This document shows positions 10,891-24,582 of a stretch of 64,000 nt of DNA, in pieces. Source of the stretch: Felis catus (lineage: Eukaryota). The notes beneath the pieces are model-generated. The model saw only the letters and a program-made list of their open reading frames with translations. It was not told the origin of the DNA and did no database searches. A program made the position numbers and the translations under genes. Every line of letters begins with the position of its first letter. The first letter of the stretch is position 1. The stretch spans positions 159,836,001 through 159,900,000 of the forward strand of contig NC_058369.1 of NCBI RefSeq assembly GCF_018350175.1, given 5' to 3'.

Positions 10891-12016
10891 TAATACATTT
10901 TCTTAAAGGAGATTTTGCCCCCAAACAAATAAAACCTCTACAACATATTTTCATTGGAAATCATTTTCTTTTGGTAATCCTTCATGTTAACCAAATCAAG
11001 ATAGATATTTTTCAAGCGTATATTATGTTTGCACTGTTTTTCCCCGACAGGTTCCTCTAAAGACCCACAAACTTTTTTTTCCTGCCATTCCTTCTATTCT
11101 TCCTCATTTTGTTGGTCAATTTCGGGTGTGGAAGTAAGAGTGTCATGAGTCGTTAAAGGTTTTTGGTGCTCGGGGGAGGGCTCAATTTCCTTGTTTGTCT
11201 ACAGAGCAGTGGACATGGTGTGGAGGTCGGCCCTGGTACCAGCTCTCACTGTTAATCACTCTGAATTCGACGTGCAGGACATTGGCCACAGACAGCTGCC
11301 CTGACAGGTGGCCTGCATGGCACAGAGTCCCCGAGGCAGGTCAGTGCAAAAACCATCAAGAGCTTTTTGACAAAACAGAAGTTAGCCAGGGTGAAAGAGG
11401 GACAGTGAATTAATGTAGCATCGAGTGTTCACAAAGTGGGCCTCCCTTCCCTTTTTTTCCCGTTAAACCTCAGAAGTATCCCGTGATCTACACATAGATG
11501 GCCCCACTTTCCAAGTGAAGAAAACGGGGGTCAAGAAAGGTTCATTTATTTGTCAGAGAGGAGATAGAGTCAGGGCTCAAGTGTTGATCATCTCGCTGTA
11601 GGGTTTCTTACTCTTAACCACAGGGACTCCGTGTCTCAGCTGCTGAGCCCTGTCCTGGAACGAAAGAGCACAGAGAACGTTGGGTGACCAAGGCTAAATC
11701 TGATCGATTCCAGACACACCTTCCTACCCCATGGAAAACCCCTCCTGGGAAACAAATCTTGTCTTTGCTTTTTGTTTCCATTAGTTAAGGCCTGCATTGG
11801 ACTTTACACAGGATTATTCCATCTGTGATCTCTCTACCTATCTATCTATTATCTATCTGAGACCTCTTTTTTTTCAATATAGCACGTGTTTTTAAACACC
11901 CAGTTCACAGGCACACAAATAAGCAGCCGTGAGGAAGATTGTAGACTTTAGAAGAGATAGCGACATACGTGAAAATTTAGAGAGTGATAAAAGGGCATAA
12001 AATTGTATCCCTTTGA

Positions 12017-12236
12017 GGGGTGCCTGGGTGGCGCAGTCAGTTAAGCATCCGACTTCAGCCAGGTCACGATCTCGCGGTCCGTGAGTTCAAGCCCCACGTC
12101 GGGCTCTGGGCTGATGGCTCAGAGCCTGGAGCCTGTTTCTGATTCTGTGTCTCCCTCTCTCTCTGCCCCTCCCCTGTTCATGCTCTGTCTCTCTCTGTCC
12201 CAAAAAATAAATAAAAAACGTTGAAAAAAAAATTTA
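12017..12236 (+). mobile_element. SINEC_Fc, young subfamily
   Basis: tggcgcagtc, cagccaggtcacg, gtcccaaaaaataaataaaaaacgttg; perfect 18-bp TSD aaaattgtatccctttga. Confidence 0.97.
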
Positions 12237-12799
12237 AAAATTGTATCCCTTTGAATCTACTCATCTTCCACCACGTGCGGTGTGAACACATTGTGTGATA
12301 TATAGGGAGACTCTAACCTTTGGTTGAAAAGCATGGGCTGTGGCAACAGAAGGCCTGACCACACATCTGGGCTCTGCCATTTGGGGTGGCCTGAGTGAGG
12401 CGTCTCATTTCTGGGTCACACAACTCCCTTTGCACAAAGGGATGCTAATACCCCCAGAGAAGTGATTAATGTGCGTAAAGCTGAAGCATAGGGCCTCGCA
12501 TAGGGCCTCCTGTTTTCCCCACACCTGTCGTTCTTATGAAGCTACATTAGGTAGAAATACTTAGCGACTCTGTTAGATACAGATATTAGGCCAGCAGTGT
12601 TGATTGTTTTCAAATGCATGAAGACACAGGATTTTTTACTGTTAGAATCTTTTCTAATGTATAACATCAGATTTTCTTTCTTGCTCAAGTTGCAGTTAAA
12701 ACCTTAGCTTAAAAATACCAATATAACCTAAATAGATCGTATTCCTTTGAAGTGTTTCGAAGGAGGTAGGGGAGGACAGCAGAGCTCAGTGAGAATACA

Positions 12800-13030
12800 G
12801 GGGAAGATATCCCACACACGTGCGGTCTTGATTTCTGGCTTTGACCCTTAACTAGCTTGCAGCTATGAGTAAATTACTTAATCTTACCTAGATGTATTAC
12901 CACACTCGTTCACAGAATAAGAGGGTCATAATTACCCCACAGTTGATAGTAAAGGCAATAAAATAACGCATGCAAACAATGTGGAAACAGTGCCAGTATT
13001 ATGACAGATGCTTAACAAATGTTAATTTCC
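12800..13030 (+). mobile_element. MIR
   Basis: taactagcttgcagctatgagtaaattacttaatct...tggaaacagtgccag...gcttaacaaatgtta. Confidence 0.6.
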
Positions 13031-14017
13031 CTTCCTCCCTTTTACTTCTCCATGACTCTCTTTCTCAACATAGCATGTCCGGGAACAAACGCTCAACAGA
13101 AATGCTAAGGCATTTAAGAAAATCCAGTGAGAAAAATCCATATGAGAAGAGACTCTTGTTGAAAATTCTAATCATTTCACCAGAACCGATGTTTGCCAGA
13201 AACAAACATTCCTCATAAGAATGGCTGCACGATTTATTTAGGAAGCAAAGCGTAATATTTACAGGGGCAAAGAGGGCAGCAAAGAGATGAAGAGAGTTAG
13301 TGAAATCTGACATTTGTGATCTGGTGCTATTTTGTAAATCTCTCTTCCCTCAGTGAAAAGGATTAGCTTCCAGTATAGATAACTCCACATGGAAGGGGAA
13401 CACGGGAGCTTTAGACTTGAGGGACCTTGTTCGACATGGCCAGGTTCCTTTCAGATTATTCTGGCTGATTAAGCAGACAGGCAAAATAACCCTTGTAAAA
13501 TTGTATAAGGATGAAGATTTTGGAGTAGGCAGATGGGCATCTCTGTACGAACAGGGTGCAATATTTCAAAGGAACATACAATTTTAAATTAATATGGTTG
13601 TGCATCGTGATGGTTATTTTCCAGATGATCTAACTGCTGGATATGCATGTTTTTCTGATGTTTCTCCCCACAATGCCATGAAAGCCATAACGGGAGGGAA
13701 ATGGTAGGAAGTAGGTATGTAGGTTGTAAAAGGAGAGAAACTTTAAGGTAAGAAAAGGATGAAGAAAAGGTCAGGAGAAAAGGTGGGGACGCTGTGTACT
13801 ATGTTGTTATCCTCCAGTGTTATCCTCCAGCCACGAAGTCAAAGAGACTATTATAAAACAGATGAAAATGACCATGTCTTTGTGCTGGTATTAAAGTCAA
13901 GGGAAGGGATGGATGCAGGTGAATCGCACTGTACTCTGGAAGGGCGTTCCAGGAAAGTTGTGTCTTTATAATTAATCCTATTCTCTATTAGAGTACAGTT
14001 TAGGTAGGTGCATCCCC

Positions 14018-14265
14018 TTTTTTCTTTTAATTTTTAATGTTTACTTATTTTTGAGAGAGAGAGAGAGACAGAGAGAGAGAAAGAGGTAGAGAGAGAGAGA
14101 GAAAGAGGTAGAGAGAGAGAGAGAGGCAGAGAGAGGAGATACAGAATCCAAAGCAGGCTCAGCGCGGTCAGCATAAAGCCTGATGTGGGCCTTGAACTCA
14201 CTAAACTGAGATCATGACCTGAGCCAAAATCAGATGCCCAACTGACTGAGCCACCCAGCTGCCCC
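14018..14265 (-). mobile_element. Can-SINE
   Basis: T-tail, expanded (GA)n, reverse head gagccacccagctgcccc. Confidence 0.92.
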
Positions 14266-14513
14266 AACCCCCTATTTTTTTTAATAAATATTGTAGACTT
14301 TTAGGATTGAACAGAGCCAAATAAGTCATGCAATGTAGAATTCTCAGGAGAGAAAGACTATGGGAAATTGATTGTGGCTCAAATCAGACTACAAAACTGG
14401 GCCCCAGATGTTTTGATACTCAGGAGACCTGTTGCTATATAGTGATTCTTTATTAATTGACTAATTAAGCATCTCCTTACTCACTGGTTAGACAAACCTG
14501 GGTAGGCATATGC

Positions 14514-14517
<4 letters not shown>

Positions 14518-14551
<34 letters not shown>
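14518..14551. repeat. (TG)n microsatellite
   Basis: Seen directly. Confidence 0.98.
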
Positions 14552-14553
<2 letters not shown>

Positions 14554-14622
14554 TTTTATGTTGCAGATTGCCCTAAGCCAGTTTGGTCATCCATAGTTGA
14601 TAACCTCCTTTCAGTGACTCTT

Positions 14623-14623
<1 letters not shown>

Positions 14624-14664
<41 letters not shown>
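14624..14664. repeat. Pure T41 homopolymer
   Basis: Seen directly. Confidence 0.95.
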
Positions 14665-14665
<1 letters not shown>

Positions 14666-15994
14666 TTAGAGGTGGGAGTGATAGTTCTTCTATTGCCCAA
14701 TCATAATACCGTCTCATGTTACAATGAGACCAAATCATACAAATCAGATTCTACTACACATTCACACTCCTCTTAGCCCCCAAGCAGGAAAAGTCATAAA
14801 ATGTACCCTGAGAGTTTAATGGGATCTCAGCCTTTTGTCATTCAGGGTACCTTGCAAACACCAGGCATGAAAGTTTCATTGAGATTGCTATGGCAATTTT
14901 CTATTAGCAGGATTTAGTTACCATCAGTTGGAATCAGGCCAAAGCTTTCTCTGGAAGTAGGTTGCTCACGGGATCTGATGGGACTCAGCCGAGAAGAGTA
15001 GGGGCGACCAGGTTCGCTGGGTCTCAAACGCTGTCCAGGCAATGTAGACATTCCCACATGGAGTCTTAGCAAGTCCACACTAATGAAAGTTATTTCAGTA
15101 ATGAAAAATCATTGTTGTTCTTCAGGATGATAATGAAGAAGCTTTTGAATGTTATTAGATATCAGCATAGTTGAAGAATTATAATAATCACATCTGGAGT
15201 GTGTGCCTCTGATCTGTTACTCAAATGCTAAGAAGTTATGGGGTGTATTTGCTGTGTCAGACTATTTCAGATGTTTCGTAACTGTCCCACAAACTAACAA
15301 AAATGCATATGAAATGCTGTTTTTAGAAATAGTAATTCTTTTATTTCCTGTTTACAAGGCATGCTGTTGTTTGCCATAGAAGGCTCATCTACATTCCCTT
15401 GAATAACATAAATTTTTATATTTAGTCCAGCCATTTTTGGATGTATTTTAGCCCATTGTTAACCATCCATTCTTCTCATTCATGCAGTGTTAAAGATCAT
15501 TTCATCCAAGTTTGGATAAAATACGTTTTATATGTTGTTGAATGCTGTTAAACCGTCATCTAAATTATATACTAAGAATGACACAATTCTGTTAAATAGT
15601 TGTCATGTGAACATCTCCCCTCCTCTCTGCACAACCACACATAATTTCACATTTGCACGTCTGGTCATTTAGTCCTTTGTCACAAATTATAACTTGACTC
15701 CTTTTTTTTAGTATTTAAAATAAATAATTGTTACCTTCCATCACTTAAACCATTTTATTTGTTTGTAAAACTGTTAGCATTTTGAAATAAAACAGTAGCG
15801 AATACTACAGTTGGTTCCAGCTGGCATCTGACTATTACATTAATCCCATTGTCAATTGCTAAGTTCCTTGGCAAGGCAATTAGATTGTTATCCGATTCTG
15901 TCTTGTTTCCACTGGGTCAAGATGTGCACGGGTGGAAAATGCATTAAATAAGCCATCGTGCTCGATGCCTTCTTTTGCTTTGTAAGAAAAAGTT

Positions 15995-16210
15995 CTCTAA
16001 ATTCTAGTTAGTTCACATACAGTGCATTATCGGTTTCAGGAGTAGAATTGAGTGATTCCTCACTCACATACAACATCCAGTGCTCATCACAAGTGCCCTC
16101 CTAATCCTCATCACCCATTTAGCCCATCCCACACCCACTTCCCCTCCAGCAACCCTCCGTTTGTTCCCTAGAGTTAGGAGTCTGTTATGGTTTGTTTCTC
16201 TCTCTCTCTC

Positions 16211-16247
<37 letters not shown>

Positions 16248-16765
16248 TTTCCTTGCCATATATTCATCTGTTTTGTTTGTTAAGGTCCATGTATGCGTGC
16301 AATCATATGGTATTTGTCTTTCTCTGACTTCTTTCACTCAACATAATATACTCTAGCTCCGCCCACATCGTTGCAAATGGCAAGATTTCATTCTTTTTTT
16401 GTGGCTCAGTAATATTCCATTATATGTAGCTGTACCACATCTTTATTCATTCATCATTTGGGCTGTTTCCATAGTTTGCTCTTGTTGATAATGCTGCTAT
16501 TAACAGGAGGGTGCATGTACCCCCTCGAATCTGTATTTTTGTATCCTTTGGGTAAGAACCTAGTACTGCAGTTGCTGGGTCATAGGGTGGTTCTAGTGTT
16601 AACTTTTTGAGGAACCTCCATACTGTTTTCCAGAGCGGCTGCCCCGGTTGGCATCCCCACCAACAGTGCCATCACCTGTTGTTTATCCCCATCTGTGCCG
16701 TCACCTGTTGTGTCTTGCGTTGTTATTTTTTAACACATTCTGACAGGTGCGATGGGTTATCTTCT
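15995..16765 (-). mobile_element. Carnivore L1 3' fragment (ORF2 end and 3' UTR)
   Basis: gtttcaggagtagaatt..gtgattc..cacatacaacatccagtgctcatc; gttgcaaatggcaagatttcattctttt; aactttttgaggaacctccatactgttttcca. Confidence 0.93.
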
Positions 16766-19700
16766 TTTCAATGCCAGTGAGTCTATGCATATATAAATGG
16801 GATTATATAAATTACTTTCAATAGTTGGAGGCTTTAAAATTCAGGTCATTTATTATGCAATATAGCCAGATGGTGTATGTATTTGGCCAACCTTTTTTTA
16901 TAAGCATCTATTATACGGGTAAGCGTTCCTTCAGGTTTGGAGGGGTTCCTTCTGAGATGCTCTTGCTGGCACCCTTCACAGCTATCAACCCAAGCCCCAC
17001 GACAGCTGGCCATCTCAGAATTCCCTTCAGAATCCTGCTGCAGTAGAGTAAGCAGTGATACTTGTTTGTCAACTGAGAAGAGGTGGAAATGTGTCACTTG
17101 TCATTTTAAAAGAGTAACGTTTGACATCTTGAAGGCAAGGTTCCTGACCTCCCCTTCGTCTTTTCCTAAGAAAATGTCAGCCACTTCCCCAGCTGGATTC
17201 AAAGCGAACCTCATCTGTATATGTATTCGAGCATTTCAGCACACAATGCTGTCATCACTTGACTATATATTGGTTTCTACCCCTCTTGTGTCCACTTCGG
17301 GGACCTTGATTTACTTTCTCACCAGAGGAATTCGCAAAAGACTGGGCATTCATTAAATATGGAATTGAGCGGAGCATTTCGTGGGATTACAGCCACAGGG
17401 GAGATTATATATTTATACATAAGCAAAAACCTTAAGTGTATCTGCATTATCACGTAAGATGTAGAAACAAACTTCCTACCCCCTCCTGGGTCACCTTGTG
17501 AGTCATCACAGTGCCTTCTAAATACCTCTTCTGTAATTTCTTTAATAGTAGGAACTTCTGTAGAAGACAGTAGAGGAGGGCTCTCTCTCTCTTTAGGTCA
17601 ATAAGGCCTTGGGATGCCTTTTAAATAATTCCAGGAAGGCAATATCTAACCTTTACAAGCAGAACGTACCTTACTGGCAGGCACAAGCTTAAGGGACCGT
17701 TAGGAAGGGTGCGTGTCGGAGTAGAGGCATTCGGCTCAAAGAAAAACTCCAAGATAATCTTGTACAACAGCAGTCGGTATGTTACCAGTGAAAACTATCG
17801 GTGCAGACTTTCCAACAACTTGTTTTTTTGTAAAAGTTATCTCCCCAAGAACGGTTTCACGAATCTTCCTTTTATCGCGTTAACTTCTTTCTAAAAGTCA
17901 CTACTCTTGTCTGCTGCCCATTTAAGCAGAGGATCTGAATATGGCATGAACAGGCATGATCCTCTGTTCTGGCTCTTCCAGGATCGATACAAAACACTCT
18001 CAAATCCCAATAGATCATTATTTTTTTTTTAAGATATGAATGACTTTTTCTTGTGGGGGAAATGATATCAATGAAATCTGTTTTGATTTGTATTTAAAAG
18101 GTATTTCTATTTTTCAGACGGGCTAAGTTTTAACAATGAGAACCAGGACTTCCCTTCGATGAAGTTTGTTTCAGGTGATTAAGACGATTTGCCCTTCGTT
18201 TTTAAATTGTAAATACAGAAAGTGTACATGTGAGGGTTGTTTATAAAACGTGCGCTTCATTGATAGAACTAAACTTCAATTGAACCAAGGAGCAGGGTGA
18301 CATGTTTAAAGACAAATATGTAATAAATGCTAATATGTGTGCTGGCAATCGTCTGACTTCGAAATATTGGTAGAATTTAGCACGACAGAGCTTTGTCTCA
18401 ACCCTTAGCGACAACTGTGATTTAACATTATTTAAATTATTTTTAATGCTACTGTGCGTGTCCTTGAAACCTCAGTCAAATCTTACAGCCATGATCTTTC
18501 ATTTGTGTGATAAAGATAAAAAAGTGCAATTGCTAAAACCTCTTTCTTTTTTTTTTTTTTTGACTAAATATGTCACTAACACCGAATTTACCTTCCAAGG
18601 CTTTCTGTAAGCACTTAAAAGAATTTCACAATCCAATGAAGTTATTAAAACTGAAATGCAATTTAGCGAAGATGCAATCCATTCCTATTATTGTATTTAT
18701 TATTCTTACTTTAAAACACTGTGTCGATGCCTAAACTACACGCCAGACACTCTGTTAGGTTTCTTAGGTACAGAATGACACTTAACTCTCCTACTCTGTG
18801 AGCAAGCATCCTCGCAGGACAGATAGAAAACAGAGTTGGAGAGAAATGAGCTTGTCCGAGGATACATGGCCAGTGGCGGGCACCAGGTTAAAAATCATAT
18901 TTATTTGACTGAGAATGTGGACAAGTTCATTGATTTAGTGCTCAGTTAAGTTATCAGGAACACCCTCTGCTCATAGACCCTCTAGTCCAGCCAGGTGTTT
19001 ATTTTGATCCAGTGCCCGCGAATGTGCCCGATGTTGCCCGTTCTCCAGCTTTATTCTTGTAGTTCCTCAAGCCTAGAAGGCCTCATTCTTTCCTTTCCTT
19101 CCAACCTTACCCATCCTTCAAGGCCAAGGGAGAGCACAGGCTCAAAGAAGACTTCCAAAATATTGCACTCGAAACTCCCCGCTCTTACCTTGAGTTCACT
19201 TGAGAACTTAAAGGCTCATTGTGGCGTTATTAATACTGGATATCATTAGATCCCCGAGAATATGTTGCCTCCTTTCTTGGTATCCACCAGAGAGCATGTG
19301 AAAGAAATTGCCACATAGAAATTATCCAATCAATATTCATTTACTGCCTGTTGCTGGTACCTGGAAACATTTCTTAATAGTCTTGGCTTCCCTGGAGTGA
19401 AAGGATAATATTGTACAGCCCGAGAACTGTTTGGTTCGCAGAATTTAAGTAAACTTCTTGATCTCAGGATGTCTGCTGGTGTCATGGGAACAGGCAGTGC
19501 AATATCTTAAGACCAGTTCAAGGAATTAATGTTGAGAAATGTTTATAGAGGTTATGCTTCCTCCCCATATCACAAAATCATTCATTTTAGTTTCAGACCC
19601 ATATTCTCAGTTTCCTCTGTAAGCTGCAGATAGATTTTCGGGAAAGGTGGTTAACAGTGAGCCTATAAATGGAACACTGTCCACCTCATTTATGCAGAGA

Positions 19701-19827
19701 TGTTTGTCCTTGGAGGTAGTCTCTCATGAGCCTGTCTTATAGTATCTTGGACCGACGGGTATTGGCTCAGATTCCTATATTTCCCCTTTAATGTCCTACA
19801 TTCATAGATAAGTCAAATTCCTTCATT

Positions 19828-20039
19828 TATTTTTTAAGGTTTATTTATTTAGTTTGAGAGAGTGAGAGCGATCATGAACAGGGGAGGGGCAGAGAGAGAG
19901 GGAGAGGAACATGATCCCAAGCAGACTCCGCGCTGTCAGTGCAGAGCCTGACGTGGGGCTCAAACCCAGGAACCACGAGATCGCCACCTGAACCGAAACC
20001 CAGTCAGTCACTTGACTGGCTGAGTCACCCAGGAGCCCC
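19828..20039 (-). mobile_element. Can-SINE
   Basis: Diverged full-length reverse element. Confidence 0.9.
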
Positions 20040-20513
20040 CTCAGAGTCCTTTATTTTATGAATTCCGAACATCAACCAAGAGGCAGAGCGTGGTCAAGTA
20101 TCTTGTTAAGTTCCGGGTTCTTGTGAAGTAATCAGAAAAGAAGCTCCTACTGACATTTTGAAGGAGACAATACAATTGCCCTGAAGAGAAACTCTAGGAG
20201 GAGTCAGGGACCAGCTACACAGACCAGAGCAGGGGCTGGTGAGGAAACTCCGCCTCTTGCTGCCATAGAAAGGGCACCATTGGTTGGTGAGTAAGAAGCA
20301 AAAGTTCGCGGTTGAAGGCCTGTTCTACTCTTTTCCTGGCAGTGTTCACTCAAGCAAGTAATTAGCGTCTCTGAGCCGTTATTTCCTCATCTATATCTGT
20401 ATTTCCTTATCTCTATCTGTTGAGAGAATGAAAGTAGACAATTGTTTGCACATAATAAGTAGTTAATAAATATGTTGGGGGGAATGTCTTTGATTTTGTT
20501 TGATTAACCCATT

Positions 20514-20724
20514 AAAAATGTAATGTTTATTTTTCTTTGAGAGAGAGAGATGCCAGCAGGGGAGAGGCAGAGAGAGAGAGAGGGGGGGAAACACAAAATC
20601 TGAAGCAGGCTCCAGGATTCCAACTGTCAGCACAGAGCCCATCGCGGGACTGGAACCCACAAACTGTGAGATCATGGCCTGAGCCGAAGTCAGATGCTAA
20701 CCGACTGAGCCACCCAGGTGCCCC
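20514..20724 (-). mobile_element. SINEC_Fc
   Basis: TSD taacccatt at 20505-20513 and 20725-20733. Confidence 0.93.
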
Positions 20725-20821
20725 TAACCCATTTTTTTTTAGACCTACCAGAACATAATGGGTGTTAGATCCTTGGTAGATTTTCACAGAGTCTGTTTTG
20801 AATGGTCCTGATCTATTGCCC

Positions 20822-21070
20822 TTTTTCTTTTTTTAATTTTTTAAAAATATTTATTTATTTATTTTGAGAGAAGAGAGAGAGACAGAGAGAGACAGAGAGA
20901 CAGAGTTTGAGTAGGGCAGGGGCAGAGAGAGAGGGAGACACAGAATCCAAAGCAGGCTCTAGACTCTGAGCTGTCAGCACAGAACCCAACTTGGGGCTCG
21001 AACTCAAAACGTGAGATCCTGACCCAAGCCGAAGTTGGATGCTTCACTGACTGAGCCACCCAGGCACCCC
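20822..21070 (-). mobile_element. SINEC_Fc
   Basis: TSD tattgccc(t/a)ttttcttt. Confidence 0.93.
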
Positions 21071-22102
21071 TATTGCCCATTTTCTTTACTTTCTTTTGAG
21101 AAAGCTGCATTTTCTTGTACCCAGTTAAAACCAGACTCCTGCCATATTTATTTTCTGACTTGGATTTACGGTGCTGGCCTTGGAAGCCTGACCTCCCTCC
21201 TGGCCATTGATCATCTGAATTCATGTCTTTGTGTCAGAAGGTAATTTAGAATCTAGAAGCCACAATTAATGGGTGAATGTAGGTTCCCATGTGTACATCC
21301 ATGTATCCTGTGAACTTAAAGGTAAATGGTAGGATCTGGAAGTTTTACATGCCTAAAAAAATTAATAGAGTTGGAAAAGAGAGAAAAGAGAGGTCTAAAC
21401 CTCATAAAAAGCCAATCAAAAACACACAAGAAAACTGACAAGCCCATAAGTCTAAGGCTCCGATGGCCATCAGACAATGACCATGGCCATTTTTAAGGTC
21501 TAAGTTCAACCATATTTCTTCCTGAATTATTTTATTAACCAAATCTAATAATGTGGCATTTGTTATCCACTGTAAACAATACTATGACTTGATCCCATGG
21601 TTTCAAATTCATAATTAATACATTTTTATTTATTTTGGCTTCCTCCATTCATTGCCACCCCCATCCCACACACACAATGGTAGCCCCAGGACACTGCTCT
21701 CCACCCCTCTGTATTTTCGATACTTTGTCTCTGCCTTTACAATTGCCTATCTCATGCCTTCAGCCCACACCTATTTTGTATTAAAAATAATTCCATTTGG
21801 ATCTCCTGACAATGCTGAGAGCACATTTGATCCCAGTCCTTTTATTTTACTGATGAGAAAACTGAGACACAGAGCTGAGACTGGCAGAAACTATCAAGTG
21901 AATTTACAGGAAACAGGTAATTTGTCTGATGCTTAGTCGTTAAAAAATACATTTACATATATCATTGGATCTTATCCTCCTAAGAATCTCATAAGGGAAA
22001 TGGTCTTTATTATGTATATTTATAGATAAGAAAGTGAGTATCTTAAAGGTTAGGTGATTGGCCGAGGTCATGCCCCAAATTTTAAACTTAAATCTGATTC
22101 CT

Positions 22103-22343
22103 TTTTTTAAAAAAATATTTTATTTATTTTTGAGACAGAGAGGAGAGAGACAGAGACAGAGACAGAGAGACAGAGCATGATCAGGGGAAAGGCAGAGAGA
22201 GAGAGGGAGACACAGAATCTGAAGAAGGCTCCAGGCTCTCAGCCGTCAGCACAGAGCCCATGTGGGGCTCGAACTCACGAACCGTGAGATCGTGACCTGA
22301 GCAGAAGTCAGATGCTTAACTGACTGAGCCACCCACATGCCCC
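22103..22343 (-). mobile_element. SINEC_Fc inserted into a MIR
   Basis: Perfect TSD taaatctgattcct at 22089-22102 and 22344-22357; MIR-like sequence on both sides (~21960-22390). Confidence 0.95.
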
Positions 22344-22485
22344 TAAATCTGATTCCTAATCCAGGATTTTTTCCACCACAATATTCCACCTCTGCCTTTT
22401 TCCATTTACTCTGAGTCTTATTTTTTTCAGTCACTTCCAATGGTCTATTCTTCCTATTCAATACTAGACTCAGATATTTGTGAAG

Positions 22486-22487
<2 letters not shown>

Positions 22488-22525
<38 letters not shown>
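22488..22525. repeat. (CA)n microsatellite
   Basis: Seen directly. Confidence 0.98.
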
Positions 22526-22527
<2 letters not shown>

Positions 22528-24377
22528 CATTCAGGGCACAACACGCAGTTCCAAGGTTCCTGAGCAGCCTGTACAAGGCAGATCTTTTGTGAGAGGTTCT
22601 ATAGCTCTGCTTATTCATTTGCTGAGTACATGTTTTCAATTGAAACCATCGGTACAATTTAGAGAAATTCAATTAAAAAGAAAAAAGAACTAGAAATCCA
22701 CTTGAGGGATTTTATTCTGTTCAGATGAAGGTGTATTCATAGCCATTCTCTTACTTGTTGATGTTAAATAACAGATTCCTTTCCAGAAGAAAGTATACTG
22801 TATGTCAGAGTTAATTAAATAGTACTACAATTTCAGGGATAATAAAGATATGGGGGAGAAAAACTCACATTGTTGTGCCTTTTTATTCCATTTCTGAAGT
22901 GATTTGCTTTTGCCTCTTTTCTTTTATGAAGAATGAAGGTAAAGCTGGTGAATAATAAGCCTGATTAGATGTAGAGAACCATTTGCGGTCTGTAGGTAAA
23001 TTAGAAGGTTCATTGCTAAGAAAAAAAAATTAGATCTCTTCAAAATGTAGGCATGAAATTATTTTTAAAAGTCATTAGAGGAAATCTGCACATTTAAATT
23101 TTCCATTTAAAATAAACTATGTGAGTGGTTTCGGTCCCCTTCCCTCTGTGGCCCATGTCATGCTTAAAATATGCAAGGAAAGAAAACTGCAAGCTTTAAG
23201 GAAAAGATAAACTCCCGAGCCTGCTGTACTTGAAGAGTAATCAAGGATTGTGGTATATTTATCCCATTTCCTCACTCCTCCCTTCTTGTTATTTCAGTCT
23301 TCCTCATCAAAACACTCACTTTTCACTGAATCCTTGCAAATTAGCTTCTCATGCATATTCACTGGCAAATCTCGAGGTGATTCTGGACTGGAAGCCACCC
23401 CGTTGCCACTGAGTTATCGCAGGACAGACCTGCACCAGCCAAGCCACCTGGTCACCCACGTAGGCTCGCAGACAGCGCACATCAGCTCTCGGGCAATGTG
23501 AAGTTGACTGCAGCTTGATGCTCCAGTCCTTGGACTAGTAATTCTTTAATCTTCCTGAAGACAGTACAATATTTTTCAGGTAGAGTAAGCACACGGCAAT
23601 AAATTCTATCCCATTCACAACTAGATTTCTCCCAAGGGGAGATGACCTTTTATATTTTTAATGAAGATCTTATCTTCTGCTTTTCACAAAGCAAGTGGGG
23701 AAGTATTTTGTTGTTTTGTAGGAGATTCAAATGCATCACATAGTAATTATTTTCCTAACACTCATTCCTTGAACTTGTAGACTTTGAGTAGAAGGGATAC
23801 TATCTCGAAGGATTCCGCTGACGGGAGAAAACTTTCAGGTGATGTAATCTGGATTATAATTCTCTCATTGCAAATTTATTTTTCTGGGATCCTAAGAAGC
23901 CCTTCGCCGTATCAGGATGCTTTTGGACTTCTGCGTCTGTGTTAAAAGCTAAAAGAAAAATCGTCCCCAACACCTCATGTGTACCTTCATTTTCTCTTTT
24001 TTAAGTTACTTTGTTCTCTACCTTTGTAGTCACTGATTGGAACCACACAGTAAACTAGAGACAACTACATTAGATATTTGTCTCCTGGTTCAAATGATGG
24101 GAGTTCATTATGCTATAAAATTCTCAAAAGATGATGCAATTGTGAAATAGTCCTGAAATTGAGAAAAGACACTCCCTCTGCTGCCCCCCTCCCCGCCTGA
24201 CACTTCCGGAACAAATGACTTAGGAACAATAGTTGATGGCAGAGTAGTAAGACTCTGTGAGGGACTTTATTGGTTATCCAGACTACATTTTCCAGCCAGT
24301 ATAAGAATCAAGTCTTTGTCAGTCTTAGCATACTGTGCTCTTCCTCAGCAAAAGTTGTTTAAAAAGAAGACCCATAA

Positions 24378-24582
24378 GAGGCCTCTGGGTGGCTCAGTTC
24401 GTTAAGCGTCTTGAGTCTTGACTTCAGCTCAAGTCACGATCTCACGGTTCATGAGATTGAGCCCTGTGTCAGGCTCTGCACGGACAGCACAGAGCCTGCT
24501 TAGGATTCTCTCTCCCTCTCGCTCTCTGCCCCTCCCCCATTCAACCCCTCTCAAAATAAATAAACGTTAAAAAAAAAAAAAA
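24378..24582 (+). mobile_element. Can-SINE
   Basis: TSD aaaaagaagac(c/a)cat. Confidence 0.92.

Noticed and set aside
17100-17128. Minus-strand MSNVTLLK resembling the sciellin N-terminus
   Set aside because: Immediate stop codon, no donor site and no other matching exons; coincidence.
16937-17356. 139-aa plus-strand ORF
   Set aside because: Non-ATG start, no recognisable domain and no splice context.
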